From positions 64,001 to 128,000 of IMG/VR virus record IMGVR_UViG_3300031992_000012: a stretch of 64,000 bases of DNA; one strand, 5' to 3'. A model generated the notes under the pieces. It did no database searches. It was not told where the DNA came from and was given only the letters and a program-made list of their open reading frames with translations. This document shows, piece after piece, positions 9,325 through 17,692 of this stretch. The stretch is from a virus. Its lineage: Duplodnaviria; Caudoviricetes. The translations under genes and the position numbers were made by a program. The first letter of the stretch is position 1, and each line of letters starts with the position of its first letter.

Positions 9325-9840
9325 ATGACCGTCTACATCTATTTCTGGGGCCATACCTCGGTGCCGGGGCGCATTACGCGTTCCTGTCTGAGCCAATGGT
9401 ATCCAGCGCCGTTCACCGAGAACGACGTGACATTCCCCACGGCCGAGCATTACATGATGTACCAGAAGGCGAAGCTGTTCGGCGACAAGGAGGCCATGAA
9501 GGCGATTCTCGAGGCCGGCACGCCGAAGGCGGCCAAGGAACTGGGCCGCCATGTGAAGCATTTCCGCCCGGATGTCTGGGAGAAACATTGCCGTGAAATC
9601 GTCGCGCAGGGCAATTACCTGAAGTTCTCGCAGAACAAGGAGCTTGGCCATTACCTCAACCGCACCGGCAAGGCAATCCTTGTCGAAGCGAGCCCCTACG
9701 ACAAAATCTGGGGCATCGGAATCAGCCGTGAGGACGCCGAGAAAGGCGTCGACTGGCAAGGCACCAACTGGCTCGGCGAGGCGCTCATGCGGGTGCGCGA
9801 CTGGTTAAAGCCCTGGCATCCGGAAGGAACGGTGAAATGA
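9325..9840 (+). CDS. NADAR (YbiA-like) family protein
   Basis: LSQWY..F, TAEHYMMYQKA..F, KFSQN, LVEASPYDKIWGIG, G.NWLGEALM.VR. Confidence 0.92.
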   Translation: MTVYIYFWGHTSVPGRITRSCLSQWYPAPFTENDVTFPTAEHYMMYQKAKLFGDKEAMKAILEAGTPKAAKELGRHVKHFRPDVWEKHCREIVAQGNYLKFSQNKELGHYLNRTGKAILVEASPYDKIWGIGISREDAEKGVDWQGTNWLGEALMRVRDWLKPWHPEGTVK

Positions 9841-9856
9841 AGAGGGGGAGGTGAAT

Positions 9857-10117
9857 ATGTGGAAATGTGTTTGCGACATCTGCGGAAAGGAGATGATACC
9901 GCTTGACGCGCATGAGTGCAGAATTAGCTTCAAGGACAAAAGCAAGCGTTTTATCCATGCTCTGACAATCACGATAGACACAGGCCATTATGTAGAAAAC
10001 CCGATTCCGTTGTTCGAAGGTCAGGTGTGCAACGACTGCGCCCGCAAACTGGAACAAGGGCTACGGGAAGACATCAAAAAAATACAAAGTGACATAAAAG
10101 ACAAGGAGGCGAAATGA
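9857..10117 (+). CDS. small CxxC zinc-binding protein
   Basis: CDICG...CNDC; GGAGG RBS. Confidence 0.75.
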   Translation: MWKCVCDICGKEMIPLDAHECRISFKDKSKRFIHALTITIDTGHYVENPIPLFEGQVCNDCARKLEQGLREDIKKIQSDIKDKEAK

Positions 10118-10227
10118 CACAGAAACAAACATGGCACGAACGACATGTCCGACTGGTCGCCAAAGCGCGGGACATGCGGATGTGCGACCGGCTCAAACCA
10201 CGGCATCCGGAAGGAACGGTGAAATGA
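10114..10227 (+). CDS. 37-aa ORF duplicating the NADAR C-terminus
   Basis: MTQKQ...MRMCDRLKPRHPEGTVK vs NADAR MRVRDWLKPWHPEGTVK. Confidence 0.5.
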   Translation: MTQKQTWHERHVRLVAKARDMRMCDRLKPRHPEGTVK

Positions 10228-10367
10228 AGAAGAAGCCCGATGAAGAGCAGAGCTACGAGCCAATCCAGTGGACTCGTCTTTACGTGGACGACGAGACGTT
10301 CCAGGCAACCCAGGACGTTACCATGATAATCATGGCCGTCGTCTTCCTGTGGAGAATGTTCGCATGA
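10224..10367 (+). CDS. small membrane protein
   Basis: ATGA overlap; hydrophobic C-terminus. Confidence 0.55.
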   Translation: MKKKPDEEQSYEPIQWTRLYVDDETFQATQDVTMIIMAVVFLWRMFA

Positions 10368-10474
10368 GAAGGAACACCGATCCAGGAGACCCCAGGATTG
10401 TCGTTCTGGCGATAGGATGCGCCATGTTCATGACACTGGCGTGGTTTGTCTTGGCCGTCTTTTCGACCCGCTGA
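10364..10474 (+). CDS. small membrane protein
   Basis: ATGA overlap; single TM segment. Confidence 0.5.
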   Translation: MRRNTDPGDPRIVVLAIGCAMFMTLAWFVLAVFSTR

Positions 10475-10617
10475 AAAGCACTCTCACGGGCAACCGCGAA
10501 CCCCCGTTGGAATAACTGTCTTAAAGACAGTCCGGCGGGGTCATTGCATTTACTGGCTAAAATAAAGCTAAGTAATTGCGTGTCAATAAGTTAAAACAAG
10601 CACAAAAATGGGCGTAA

Positions 10618-10641
10618 GATTTTCCAACGCGTTGGAAAATC
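10618..10641. repeat. dispersed palindrome, copy 2 (perfect 24-bp)
   Basis: GATTTTCCAACGCGTTGGAAAATC, intergenic. Confidence 0.9.
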
Positions 10642-10666
10642 GAGTCGCCGGAACGGGTGAAAGGAA

Positions 10667-10963
10667 ATGCCCAATTCCAAGGAGTTGTTCATACAGTATT
10701 TGAAGGGAAAACTGAGGCGTCTTGGTTTCAGTTCGAGAAGGAAAATAGATGTCACCCTAGAGGGCTGGGTGATTGACGGCGGATTTCATTCAGCGTGGGT
10801 TTTCCATGCCCTGCCGTATGTGACGCACGCCCTGAAAGTCAGGCACCCCGGCGAGTTCGTCAATACGGAGGACGCGTATGAAGCCGCCGTGTCGCTGGCG
10901 CACCAGCTCTCGGACAACTACCGCTACCACAACGTAGGGGTATCCATCGTAACAAGAGCTTAA
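10667..10963 (+). CDS. hypothetical protein
   Basis: AAAGGA RBS. Confidence 0.7.
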   Translation: MPNSKELFIQYLKGKLRRLGFSSRRKIDVTLEGWVIDGGFHSAWVFHALPYVTHALKVRHPGEFVNTEDAYEAAVSLAHQLSDNYRYHNVGVSIVTRA

Positions 10964-10973
10964 AGGAGAAGAA

Positions 10974-11240
10974 ATGTCGAAGAGATTCAAACTGGTCCTT
11001 AACAAGGACATCGTCCGGTACATGGTGGAAGACAATGCGCCGGGCGACAAGAAGAAGGACATCACGCTTGAGCGCCCGCTTCCGGGCGTTGTCGAGTTCA
11101 CGGCCCACTTCGGCGACGGCCCGCAGTCACGCGCGGACGCCGCTTCACAGCTCCGTCTGGCGGTATCCGAGTGGATTCGCCAGGAAGTCGTCGGCGAGGT
11201 CGTCGACGTAATCAACAGAACAGAGAAAGGAGGAAAATGA
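10974..11240 (+). CDS. hypothetical protein
   Basis: AAGGAG RBS. Confidence 0.7.
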   Translation: MSKRFKLVLNKDIVRYMVEDNAPGDKKKDITLERPLPGVVEFTAHFGDGPQSRADAASQLRLAVSEWIRQEVVGEVVDVINRTEKGGK

Positions 11241-11824
11241 CAATGGCAAACAAGAATGATTTTGTAGCGTACTGGAAGCAGCGTGTCAATGATGTCAAGA
11301 CGAAGTGCCACGGCGCCATACAGAAGGCCAGCCGTGAAGCGCATGAAACCCTTAACGTCGAGGTCACGACGAGACTGATGACCGAGCTCAAACCGGAAAT
11401 CCAGAAATTGCTTCGCAATGCAGTCATCGAGATGTTCAAACCACAGTCCCGTCCGAAGGCGGTATCAGTACCATGGACGGCGTTCGCCACCGGCGACGGG
11501 GCGTTCCGAACCAGCATGGTCGGCATCGTTCAGACGGTCGCAAAGAACGTGCAGGAGAGAACGGGTACGCTTACAGGCATAGAAGACCTTGAAATAAGCA
11601 AGGTGTATAAAAACGCCAAGGAGGAAATAAGCGAGCTGGCCAATAAGTCGTTCTCCGAGCTGGACGATATAGCCGTAAGGACCTTGGACGTCATGCTTGC
11701 CGACAACTCCGAAGACAATACCGACACATGGGACGACGCCCAGAGCGACATGGAGGATGTGGCGAAGGGCTGTATAACCAAAATCACAGGAGTGGTCGAC
11801 GCGTTCCGGGAGACCGAGCAATGA
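11237..11824 (+). CDS. hypothetical helical protein
   Basis: AGGAGG RBS, ATGA overlap. Confidence 0.75.
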   Translation: MTMANKNDFVAYWKQRVNDVKTKCHGAIQKASREAHETLNVEVTTRLMTELKPEIQKLLRNAVIEMFKPQSRPKAVSVPWTAFATGDGAFRTSMVGIVQTVAKNVQERTGTLTGIEDLEISKVYKNAKEEISELANKSFSELDDIAVRTLDVMLADNSEDNTDTWDDAQSDMEDVAKGCITKITGVVDAFRETEQ

Positions 11825-12417
11825 TGCAATGCGGAACAATGACGGCAGTGTTGCTCCTGTCGTTGGTAATCTGCCTGGTAATACACGTAGCGCGCGGTTT
11901 CATTGTGGGAGATTTTGACGACGGTGTTCCCCCCTTGTGCATATTAGGCATACTAACGCTTCTTTTCGGAGTAGGGGCGGCCACAATGACGGAGGACGGC
12001 GACATATCCACCTACTCCGGCGCAAGGCAGTACGCCAACAAACACAAAGACGATGAAGAAAAGGAAAAACAAAATGAAAAACAAAGTGAAAAAGCCGATG
12101 CTCCTGCTGACGCTGTTCCTTCTGACATTCCTCCTATCGACCTCCGCGTCTGCGATGTCAGGGTCGAGAACATGGGTCCTGGTGGAAACCATGTTCTCGT
12201 CGTCGTCCCCAGGACTGGCAAGGGTGTGGAGCGACGGTCTGGCTATATCCCGGGCTCGGGAAGGCCTGTTGATTTTCAGGATGCGGGACGCGTCGTCGGA
12301 GGAGGAGCGGTGGCTGAAGGACAAGCGGGGTGTCTGGACGGGAAAGGCGACCACCCTCTATTGCGACACGATGAAGGTGATTCTCGTGCAGGGGGAGAAG
12401 GACGAGAAGGGAAGTGA
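11821..12417 (+). CDS. hypothetical membrane protein
   Basis: Two TM segments in the N-terminal half; the 3' half overlaps the next gene by ~340 nt. Confidence 0.5.
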   Translation: MMQCGTMTAVLLLSLVICLVIHVARGFIVGDFDDGVPPLCILGILTLLFGVGAATMTEDGDISTYSGARQYANKHKDDEEKEKQNEKQSEKADAPADAVPSDIPPIDLRVCDVRVENMGPGGNHVLVVVPRTGKGVERRSGYIPGSGRPVDFQDAGRVVGGGAVAEGQAGCLDGKGDHPLLRHDEGDSRAGGEGREGK

Positions 12418-12565
12418 ATACTGCAAAAGGGGAATCGCCTTCAAGCTCATGCCCGACGGCAAGTGGGAAAGCGGAGTCTACCTGATGAGGACCTACGGAT
12501 GGGGTACGTCCTACCGTGAAAGGTGGGGCGACTTCCTGTTCGGTCTCGGTGAAGGCAAGATATGA
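12074..12565 (+). CDS. putative secreted protein
   Basis: Signal peptide MKNKVKKPMLLLTLFLLTFLLSTSASA. Confidence 0.7.
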   Translation: MKNKVKKPMLLLTLFLLTFLLSTSASAMSGSRTWVLVETMFSSSSPGLARVWSDGLAISRAREGLLIFRMRDASSEEERWLKDKRGVWTGKATTLYCDTMKVILVQGEKDEKGSEYCKRGIAFKLMPDGKWESGVYLMRTYGWGTSYRERWGDFLFGLGEGKI

Positions 12566-13071
12566 CGACCCGGGAGGACAACAGGATAATAACGGTCAGG
12601 CTGTTCGAGTGCCCGATATGCGGGAGGCGTTTCCTGGACCGACCCACCTGCCGCTGCCACATGGACATGAAGCACCGCGCCATCGGCCATGTCACAAATA
12701 GTGAGCAGAAGCAGGTGACCGACGCTTTGCAGAACCTCAGGCTCAACAGGCTTATCGGCCACGGCTTCGTGATACTTCGCCGAGACGGAAACATCACCAA
12801 GGGGATATGCCTCGGCGTGCAGATATCGCGCACAATGGGACGTGACGCCAGGTTCAAGAACAGGATTTTCCTGGACCTGTACTACAAGGACTATGGAACA
12901 CAGCGCAACATAGACTACTGGCGTGAACAAGGAAGGCCCGCGAACATAAAGGGCTACCTCGGCAGCTTCGACATCTGCCATTTGTACCAGACCAGACGCG
13001 AGGCGCTGGCAGCCCGCGACCGTCTTAAAGAAGTGCCCGTACCCGATGAAAATAGCGGGGAAAACGGGTGA
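12562..13071 (+). CDS. C2H2 zinc-finger protein
   Basis: FECPICGRRFLDRPTCRCHMDMKH. Confidence 0.75.
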   Translation: MTTREDNRIITVRLFECPICGRRFLDRPTCRCHMDMKHRAIGHVTNSEQKQVTDALQNLRLNRLIGHGFVILRRDGNITKGICLGVQISRTMGRDARFKNRIFLDLYYKDYGTQRNIDYWREQGRPANIKGYLGSFDICHLYQTRREALAARDRLKEVPVPDENSGENG

Positions 13072-13120
13072 TAATCAATTGAAACGAGGGGCGCAGGTTA
13101 GGTGACCTGCGCCTTTTCGT
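13045..13120 (+). promoter_or_regulatory. putative phage promoter motif plus GTTA-loop hairpin
   Basis: GATGAAAA..GTGATAATCAATT followed by GGCGCAG-GTTAGGTGAC-CTGCGCC. Confidence 0.5.
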
Positions 13121-13152
13121 CTGTAAACACAAAGGACAAGGAGGTCCAAAAA

Positions 13153-13749
13153 ATGAGTTTCCACTTTATCACGCTCTCTCTGCCGTTCTACGCAATCAAC
13201 GCAAACAGCCCGGTTCCGGTGTCCGCCGTCAAGGCGGGTGGCCATCCCATGTGGGAGGCAATCGGCTATGACTACGACGGGCTCACAATCGGCCTCATTC
13301 CTGAGGCCTATCATTATGTGCTGTTTGCGGACAGCAATCGCAAATCCACTTGGGTTTATGACCGTAGATGTGGTCAAAACGTAAGCCGGTTTCCGGCCCG
13401 CTTCCAGGAAAAGTACTATCGCAAGTTCGACCCGAGCGATTGGAAATCCGTCTTGGATTTCATCCAGTCGCTTCCTACCACGGAGACGTATGACGCGCAA
13501 TACTTTGAGCCCGTTGACTACGTGTGGAACGTTTCCGCCCCCGCTAAGGACGAGTTCGATATCTTATTCAGAATGTACGGAAAGAACAGGATCGAACCGG
13601 ACGAGTGGGGCAATATAATCATCCCCAAGCCAACCACCGATGAGGTCAACATTATGCTCGACGCAGGCCTCTCCCTTTATAAGGACGACATAAGACCAAT
13701 ACGTTTACCCGAACATCTGCTCGGCGAAGGAGGTGAACAGAATGCTTAA
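13153..13749 (+). CDS. hypothetical protein
   Basis: AAGGAGG RBS. Confidence 0.75.
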   Translation: MSFHFITLSLPFYAINANSPVPVSAVKAGGHPMWEAIGYDYDGLTIGLIPEAYHYVLFADSNRKSTWVYDRRCGQNVSRFPARFQEKYYRKFDPSDWKSVLDFIQSLPTTETYDAQYFEPVDYVWNVSAPAKDEFDILFRMYGKNRIEPDEWGNIIIPKPTTDEVNIMLDAGLSLYKDDIRPIRLPEHLLGEGGEQNA

Positions 13750-14071
13750 GAAAATTTACCTGAGATGGCTCCTTCGGAAGCTTCCGCAGTTCACTCCCGC
13801 CAGGATGGAAGCCCTGTCCAAGGCTAGCTGGAGCGCGCTGAAGCTTCTGTCGCGGGCCGTCAAAGCCAACCTGAATTTCAAGATGGACGACGGCGCGACC
13901 CCGCCTGAGACCGTCATCCGCGTCTACCAGGACAAGATGAACTACACGCTCATCGTCCCGGTGAACGGCAAAATCATGTTGTGGAATCTTGTCCACGGCA
14001 TCTCGGTCGGAATGGAGTATGACTCCATATCCGGCGCCCTGGCCGCTCTGTTTTACGACTACATAAAATGA
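13742..14071 (+). CDS. hypothetical protein
   Basis: AGGAGGT RBS; weak similarity to the next ORF. Confidence 0.7.
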   Translation: MLKKIYLRWLLRKLPQFTPARMEALSKASWSALKLLSRAVKANLNFKMDDGATPPETVIRVYQDKMNYTLIVPVNGKIMLWNLVHGISVGMEYDSISGALAALFYDYIK

Positions 14072-14412
14072 GCTGGCTATATGAACTAAAGCAGGAGATT
14101 CTGGTACGGAGGATATTCCGCTACAAACCGGAAATCTACCTGCGGCGCGACAGGACGGAGGAGCTCAAGTCACTTACAAAGTGGCAGCTCCTCCGTTTGC
14201 TTCATTTTTTTAATGACGAGAGTCTATGCTGGGACTGGTCGGACGCGGACAACATCTTCCGTCGGACCGGGGGAGTATACAACACGGTGATGCTGTACCG
14301 CTCGCCCGCGAACAATCTCGTCGTCCGTTCTGAAACAGCCCACGAGTGCAACCATCGCATATGCGACACGTTCCACGAGGCCATAACCGTTTTTATTTCT
14401 TTACCATTGTAA
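14068..14412 (+). CDS. hypothetical protein
   Basis: ATGA overlap. Confidence 0.7.
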   Translation: MSWLYELKQEILVRRIFRYKPEIYLRRDRTEELKSLTKWQLLRLLHFFNDESLCWDWSDADNIFRRTGGVYNTVMLYRSPANNLVVRSETAHECNHRICDTFHEAITVFISLPL

Positions 14413-14424
14413 AAAGGAGGAAAA

Positions 14425-14811
14425 ATGACCCAGACAAGCTACTACTGCAAGTGCTGCTACAAGCCGTTCCCCACCATGACGGCCCGCGACGAGCACGAGA
14501 AGAAATGCCAGGAGATGTACTGCATCACCGTCAACCGCTATACCGACGGTGACTTCCGTGTCTCGAAGCGCCGTGTCTTCGAGAACGAGGACACCCTCAA
14601 GGACGACAACGGCAACAAAATCAAGCTGCTCGACTGCGCCCGCGATCTTGGCGGCGCCATATCCGAATACAGCATTTACTGCTGGAAGAGCGACATCGAG
14701 CACGCCTTCAACCTTCTCACCGAATACACGCTCCGCTTCCTCGACGACAAGGGGAAGCAGGACTTCCTGGCGGACGCGAAGAAATTCGTGGACAGGGGGT
14801 ACAGCATATGA
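14425..14811 (+). CDS. C2HC zinc-finger family protein
   Basis: YYCKCCYKPF....ARDEHEKKC. Confidence 0.8.
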   Translation: MTQTSYYCKCCYKPFPTMTARDEHEKKCQEMYCITVNRYTDGDFRVSKRRVFENEDTLKDDNGNKIKLLDCARDLGGAISEYSIYCWKSDIEHAFNLLTEYTLRFLDDKGKQDFLADAKKFVDRGYSI

Positions 14812-15197
14812 AGACAAGGGGGGATGCCTGGCTCTGTTCGCATTGCGGGAAGATGTTCCGCAATGCAAGAACCTGCAAGGAGCACGAGGACTCCTGTGAA
14901 CGCCATTACCTGATAGAGGTCTTCGACTACGGGTATGGCGTGTACGAAGTCGGCGACCAGCTTCTCTCGTGCGACGAGATGATCAGGCTGCGGGAGCGCA
15001 TGCCGCCGCTGTTGAAGGACGCCCCGGAGAAGGAGCGCATGGAGGACGAGTCAATCGTCTACCGTGTTCTTACGACCGAGAGCGGAATGGAGGCCGCCTT
15101 CAACAAGCTTACCGCCTTCGTTCTCGAGCATATCGACAAGAAACTGCACAAGACATTTCTTGAGCAGGCGCAGGACTACGCGGAGGGACTGGAATGA
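14808..15197 (+). CDS. C2HC zinc-finger family protein
   Basis: WLCSHCGKMF..ARTCKEHEDSC. Confidence 0.8.
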   Translation: MKTRGDAWLCSHCGKMFRNARTCKEHEDSCERHYLIEVFDYGYGVYEVGDQLLSCDEMIRLRERMPPLLKDAPEKERMEDESIVYRVLTTESGMEAAFNKLTAFVLEHIDKKLHKTFLEQAQDYAEGLE

Positions 15198-15586
15198 AGG
15201 AGGAAGGCGGCTATTTCTTCTGCGAGAAGTGCGACAAGCCCCATCATTCCAAGGCCGATTGCCAGGAGCACGAGGTTTCATGCGTGCCCCTGGTCAAAAT
15301 CAGCGTGGAGAGACGTTCGGGCGTCATTTTCCGCATCGACACGACTCGTTTCGACTGGGACTGCATATACGCCAACATGCACGCTGTCGCCCCGCGTTCC
15401 GTGGGCTCCCCTTTCAGGGAAGGCCGCGACGTGTATTCGATAATCACGCCGGTCGAGACCGCCGGCGAGTCCTTCGGCCAACTGGCCGCCTACGTTCATA
15501 TATGCATGGACGCCGAGAAGGAGGCCTTCGACAAGGCGGCCGGTGTGTTCATAGAGAAAATGTTCATAAATGGAGAAAGCGAATGA
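15194..15586 (+). CDS. C2HC zinc-finger family protein
   Basis: FFCEKCDKPH..KADCQEHEVSC. Confidence 0.8.
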   Translation: MKEEGGYFFCEKCDKPHHSKADCQEHEVSCVPLVKISVERRSGVIFRIDTTRFDWDCIYANMHAVAPRSVGSPFREGRDVYSIITPVETAGESFGQLAAYVHICMDAEKEAFDKAAGVFIEKMFINGESE

Positions 15587-15960
15587 AGGTTCTTTACAAA
15601 TGCGACAAGTGCGGACGGCTGTTCGAGAACAAGAAGGAATGCCAGGAGCACGAGGTGTCGGAGATTACCGTCGCCTGGCTGCTGGTGGTGCATGTCGACC
15701 CGGGGAGAGGGACGGCCAGCAAGCGTCCGATGATATGGGCCTACCACAGCCTATCGCCCGAATTGTCGCGGCACAAGGCGCTGGACCCGTGGGGCGACGG
15801 CATGTCGTTCCGCATCCTGGTCTACCGTAAGGACGACGTCCCCGAAGGGACAAGGCTTCTCCAGGCGTTCGCGGAGGAGAGGCTGGAGTCTGCGAAAGGC
15901 GAGGTAAGGGCCATCGACCCGTCCAGGAAACTGGACGAAAATGACGTCCATAATGAGTAA
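15583..15960 (+). CDS. zinc-finger family protein
   Basis: YKCDKCGRLF..KKECQEHEV. Confidence 0.8.
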   Translation: MKVLYKCDKCGRLFENKKECQEHEVSEITVAWLLVVHVDPGRGTASKRPMIWAYHSLSPELSRHKALDPWGDGMSFRILVYRKDDVPEGTRLLQAFAEERLESAKGEVRAIDPSRKLDENDVHNE

Positions 15961-15990
15961 TAATGGATCAAGGGGAGAGTTACTCCCCCG
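15934..15990 (+). promoter_or_regulatory. putative phage promoter motif plus GTTA-loop hairpin
   Basis: GACGAAAA..GTAATAAT followed by GGGGAGA-GTTA-CTCCCC. Confidence 0.5.
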
Positions 15991-16047
15991 CCCGAACCCC
16001 GCCGGGCATTTCCAAAGAGCGGGAAAATCTCATGTAGGAGAAAAATC

Positions 16048-16662
16048 ATGTTTACAATCGCTGGCCTTTCCGACGCAATCTACAATGTCTCCAAGCTGGA
16101 TCTGACAGACTTCCTAAGGTTCCATCTGGACGACGCAATAAAATCAAACATGGACCCAATCGGGTATCTCGTCCACGAGTACCTGGCGCCGACCGCCGAT
16201 TACTCGGTCCGTCGCTACCTCTCGCCTGACCATGAGAAGCGGCTTCAGACGGTCCTGTTCAATGCCATGGCGCCTTTCCGTGGCGCCCTGTTGGCTGCCC
16301 GTGAATGGCTTCGCAACGAAGCCGCCAAGGCAAACGAAGCCGTCGAAGAAAAGCAGGCCGTCCGCTTCCAGCGCATCGCCAATGGCGAAATCCACACGCC
16401 CCTGCCGGTAGCGGGACCGTTCGACGCTTTCGAGGCCCTCTGGCCCGAAGAGCAAGAAGAAATAAACAAGAAGAAGGCTATCCGTCGAATCAAGCTGAAG
16501 CTTCGCCGGCGCGATGAACTCACAGTCGAGGAAGAGACGCTCCTGGAGAGCGTCCGCGAAAAACGCCGCGTCAGACTCCCCAAGGAACCGGGACGCTGGG
16601 TGGATATCGACGGCGTCACGTACCTCGAACTTCCCTCTGACTGGGAGGAGAGCGCAGAATGA
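16048..16662 (+). CDS. hypothetical protein
   Basis: AGGAG RBS; 204 aa. Confidence 0.75.
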   Translation: MFTIAGLSDAIYNVSKLDLTDFLRFHLDDAIKSNMDPIGYLVHEYLAPTADYSVRRYLSPDHEKRLQTVLFNAMAPFRGALLAAREWLRNEAAKANEAVEEKQAVRFQRIANGEIHTPLPVAGPFDAFEALWPEEQEEINKKKAIRRIKLKLRRRDELTVEEETLLESVREKRRVRLPKEPGRWVDIDGVTYLELPSDWEESAE

Positions 16663-16792
16663 AAGGACATCCCGTAATCCGTTTCCCGAAGCCGGACCTT
16701 GCCCTGCCGAAGGGAGGCCCGGCGATGTGCCGTCCTGAATTCGTGTCCGAAAACAAACCACAATCTCATATGCCCAAGGAGGGGCATAAACA

Positions 16793-17008
16793 ATGTCAAT
16801 ACTGCTATTCACTGCATCAGTAATCCTATTATTCTTCATGTATTCAGCGTGGCTGGCAATCAACCCGGTGGCCGTTCTCAAAGCCGCTGGCGTTGTCTCG
16901 GCCATACCGGTGTTTCTCATGGCATTCACCATCGAGTTCCTCCTCACGCTGCCCTTCTGGGCATTCGTGAAGTTCTTGTCTACACTCCAGGAAGGAGGAG
17001 TACTATGA
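16793..17008 (+). CDS. small membrane protein
   Basis: AAGGAGG RBS; two TM segments. Confidence 0.7.
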   Translation: MSILLFTASVILLFFMYSAWLAINPVAVLKAAGVVSAIPVFLMAFTIEFLLTLPFWAFVKFLSTLQEGGVL

Positions 17009-17091
17009 GCGATAAGAAAGAGCTTGCCATCATATTTGTGGTGATATTGGCGCTAATGTTCGTCGCCAATATCGTGTTGAACCTCGTGTAG
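17005..17091 (+). CDS. single-TM micro-protein
   Basis: AGGAGG RBS; MSDKKELAIIFVVILALMFVANIVLNLV. Confidence 0.6.
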   Translation: MSDKKELAIIFVVILALMFVANIVLNLV

Positions 17092-17214
17092 CACGCATGG
17101 CGGCCCCCTGACCGGGGCCGCCATCATCGCCTTCCTTTAGCCGGTAAATTAAGAGCGTGTCCCCATACCTTATATATAAGGGTCAACATTCCATTAGCTA
17201 AAGGAAAAAAGAAA

Positions 17215-17673
17215 ATGACGAACAAAGAGATTATGGCGGCCTACCGCTGTGCATACAAGATGGCCGGCGACGGCTATGAAAACCAAGCCCCAGCCCCGCC
17301 GGTCGAACAGCCTGTCCAAGCGCCTGCGCCTGTACCGGCAAAGCGCCCTAGCCTTGTCAACGGCATCGGCCGTGCAATCCGCTGGGGCCAGGCGGCCCGT
17401 GGCGTCTACGACAACGCCCTTACGCCCGAACAGCGCGCGGCCCTTGTCCAGGCGGGGCAGTCCGCCGCCGCAGCCGCCCAGAACGGTGTCAACAGAGTCG
17501 CCAACCCCGACCGTCACGCGGCGGGCCAGGCCGGTGTCAACGCCGCCAACGGTATACTGAACAAGCTTGACCGGCATAACCAGGGACTCCGTAACGGTAC
17601 TGTCGCGCCCGCCCCTGCCGTCCCCGCGCCCAACAAGGCGCAGGTGACAGTGCAGAAGCCGCGCGGTAACTGA
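17215..17673 (+). CDS. Ala/Gln/Pro-rich protein with AYKxA leader (putative internal head protein)
   Basis: MTNKEIMAAYRCAYKMAG leader shared with 18964 and 57177. Confidence 0.75.
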   Translation: MTNKEIMAAYRCAYKMAGDGYENQAPAPPVEQPVQAPAPVPAKRPSLVNGIGRAIRWGQAARGVYDNALTPEQRAALVQAGQSAAAAAQNGVNRVANPDRHAAGQAGVNAANGILNKLDRHNQGLRNGTVAPAPAVPAPNKAQVTVQKPRGN

Positions 17674-17692
17674 GCAACGACGGACTGACGAC

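Larger units (their letters stand above)
9815..10230 (+). repeat. 29-bp exact direct repeat (9815-9843 and 10202-10230)
   Basis: GGCATCCGGAAGGAACGGTGAAATGAAGA occurs twice; similarity extends ~28 bp upstream. Confidence 0.9.

Noticed and set aside
11821-12565. 340-nt overlap as functional dual coding
   Set aside because: The upstream ORF's overlapping tail looks like off-frame sequence; a late stop codon is the simpler explanation.
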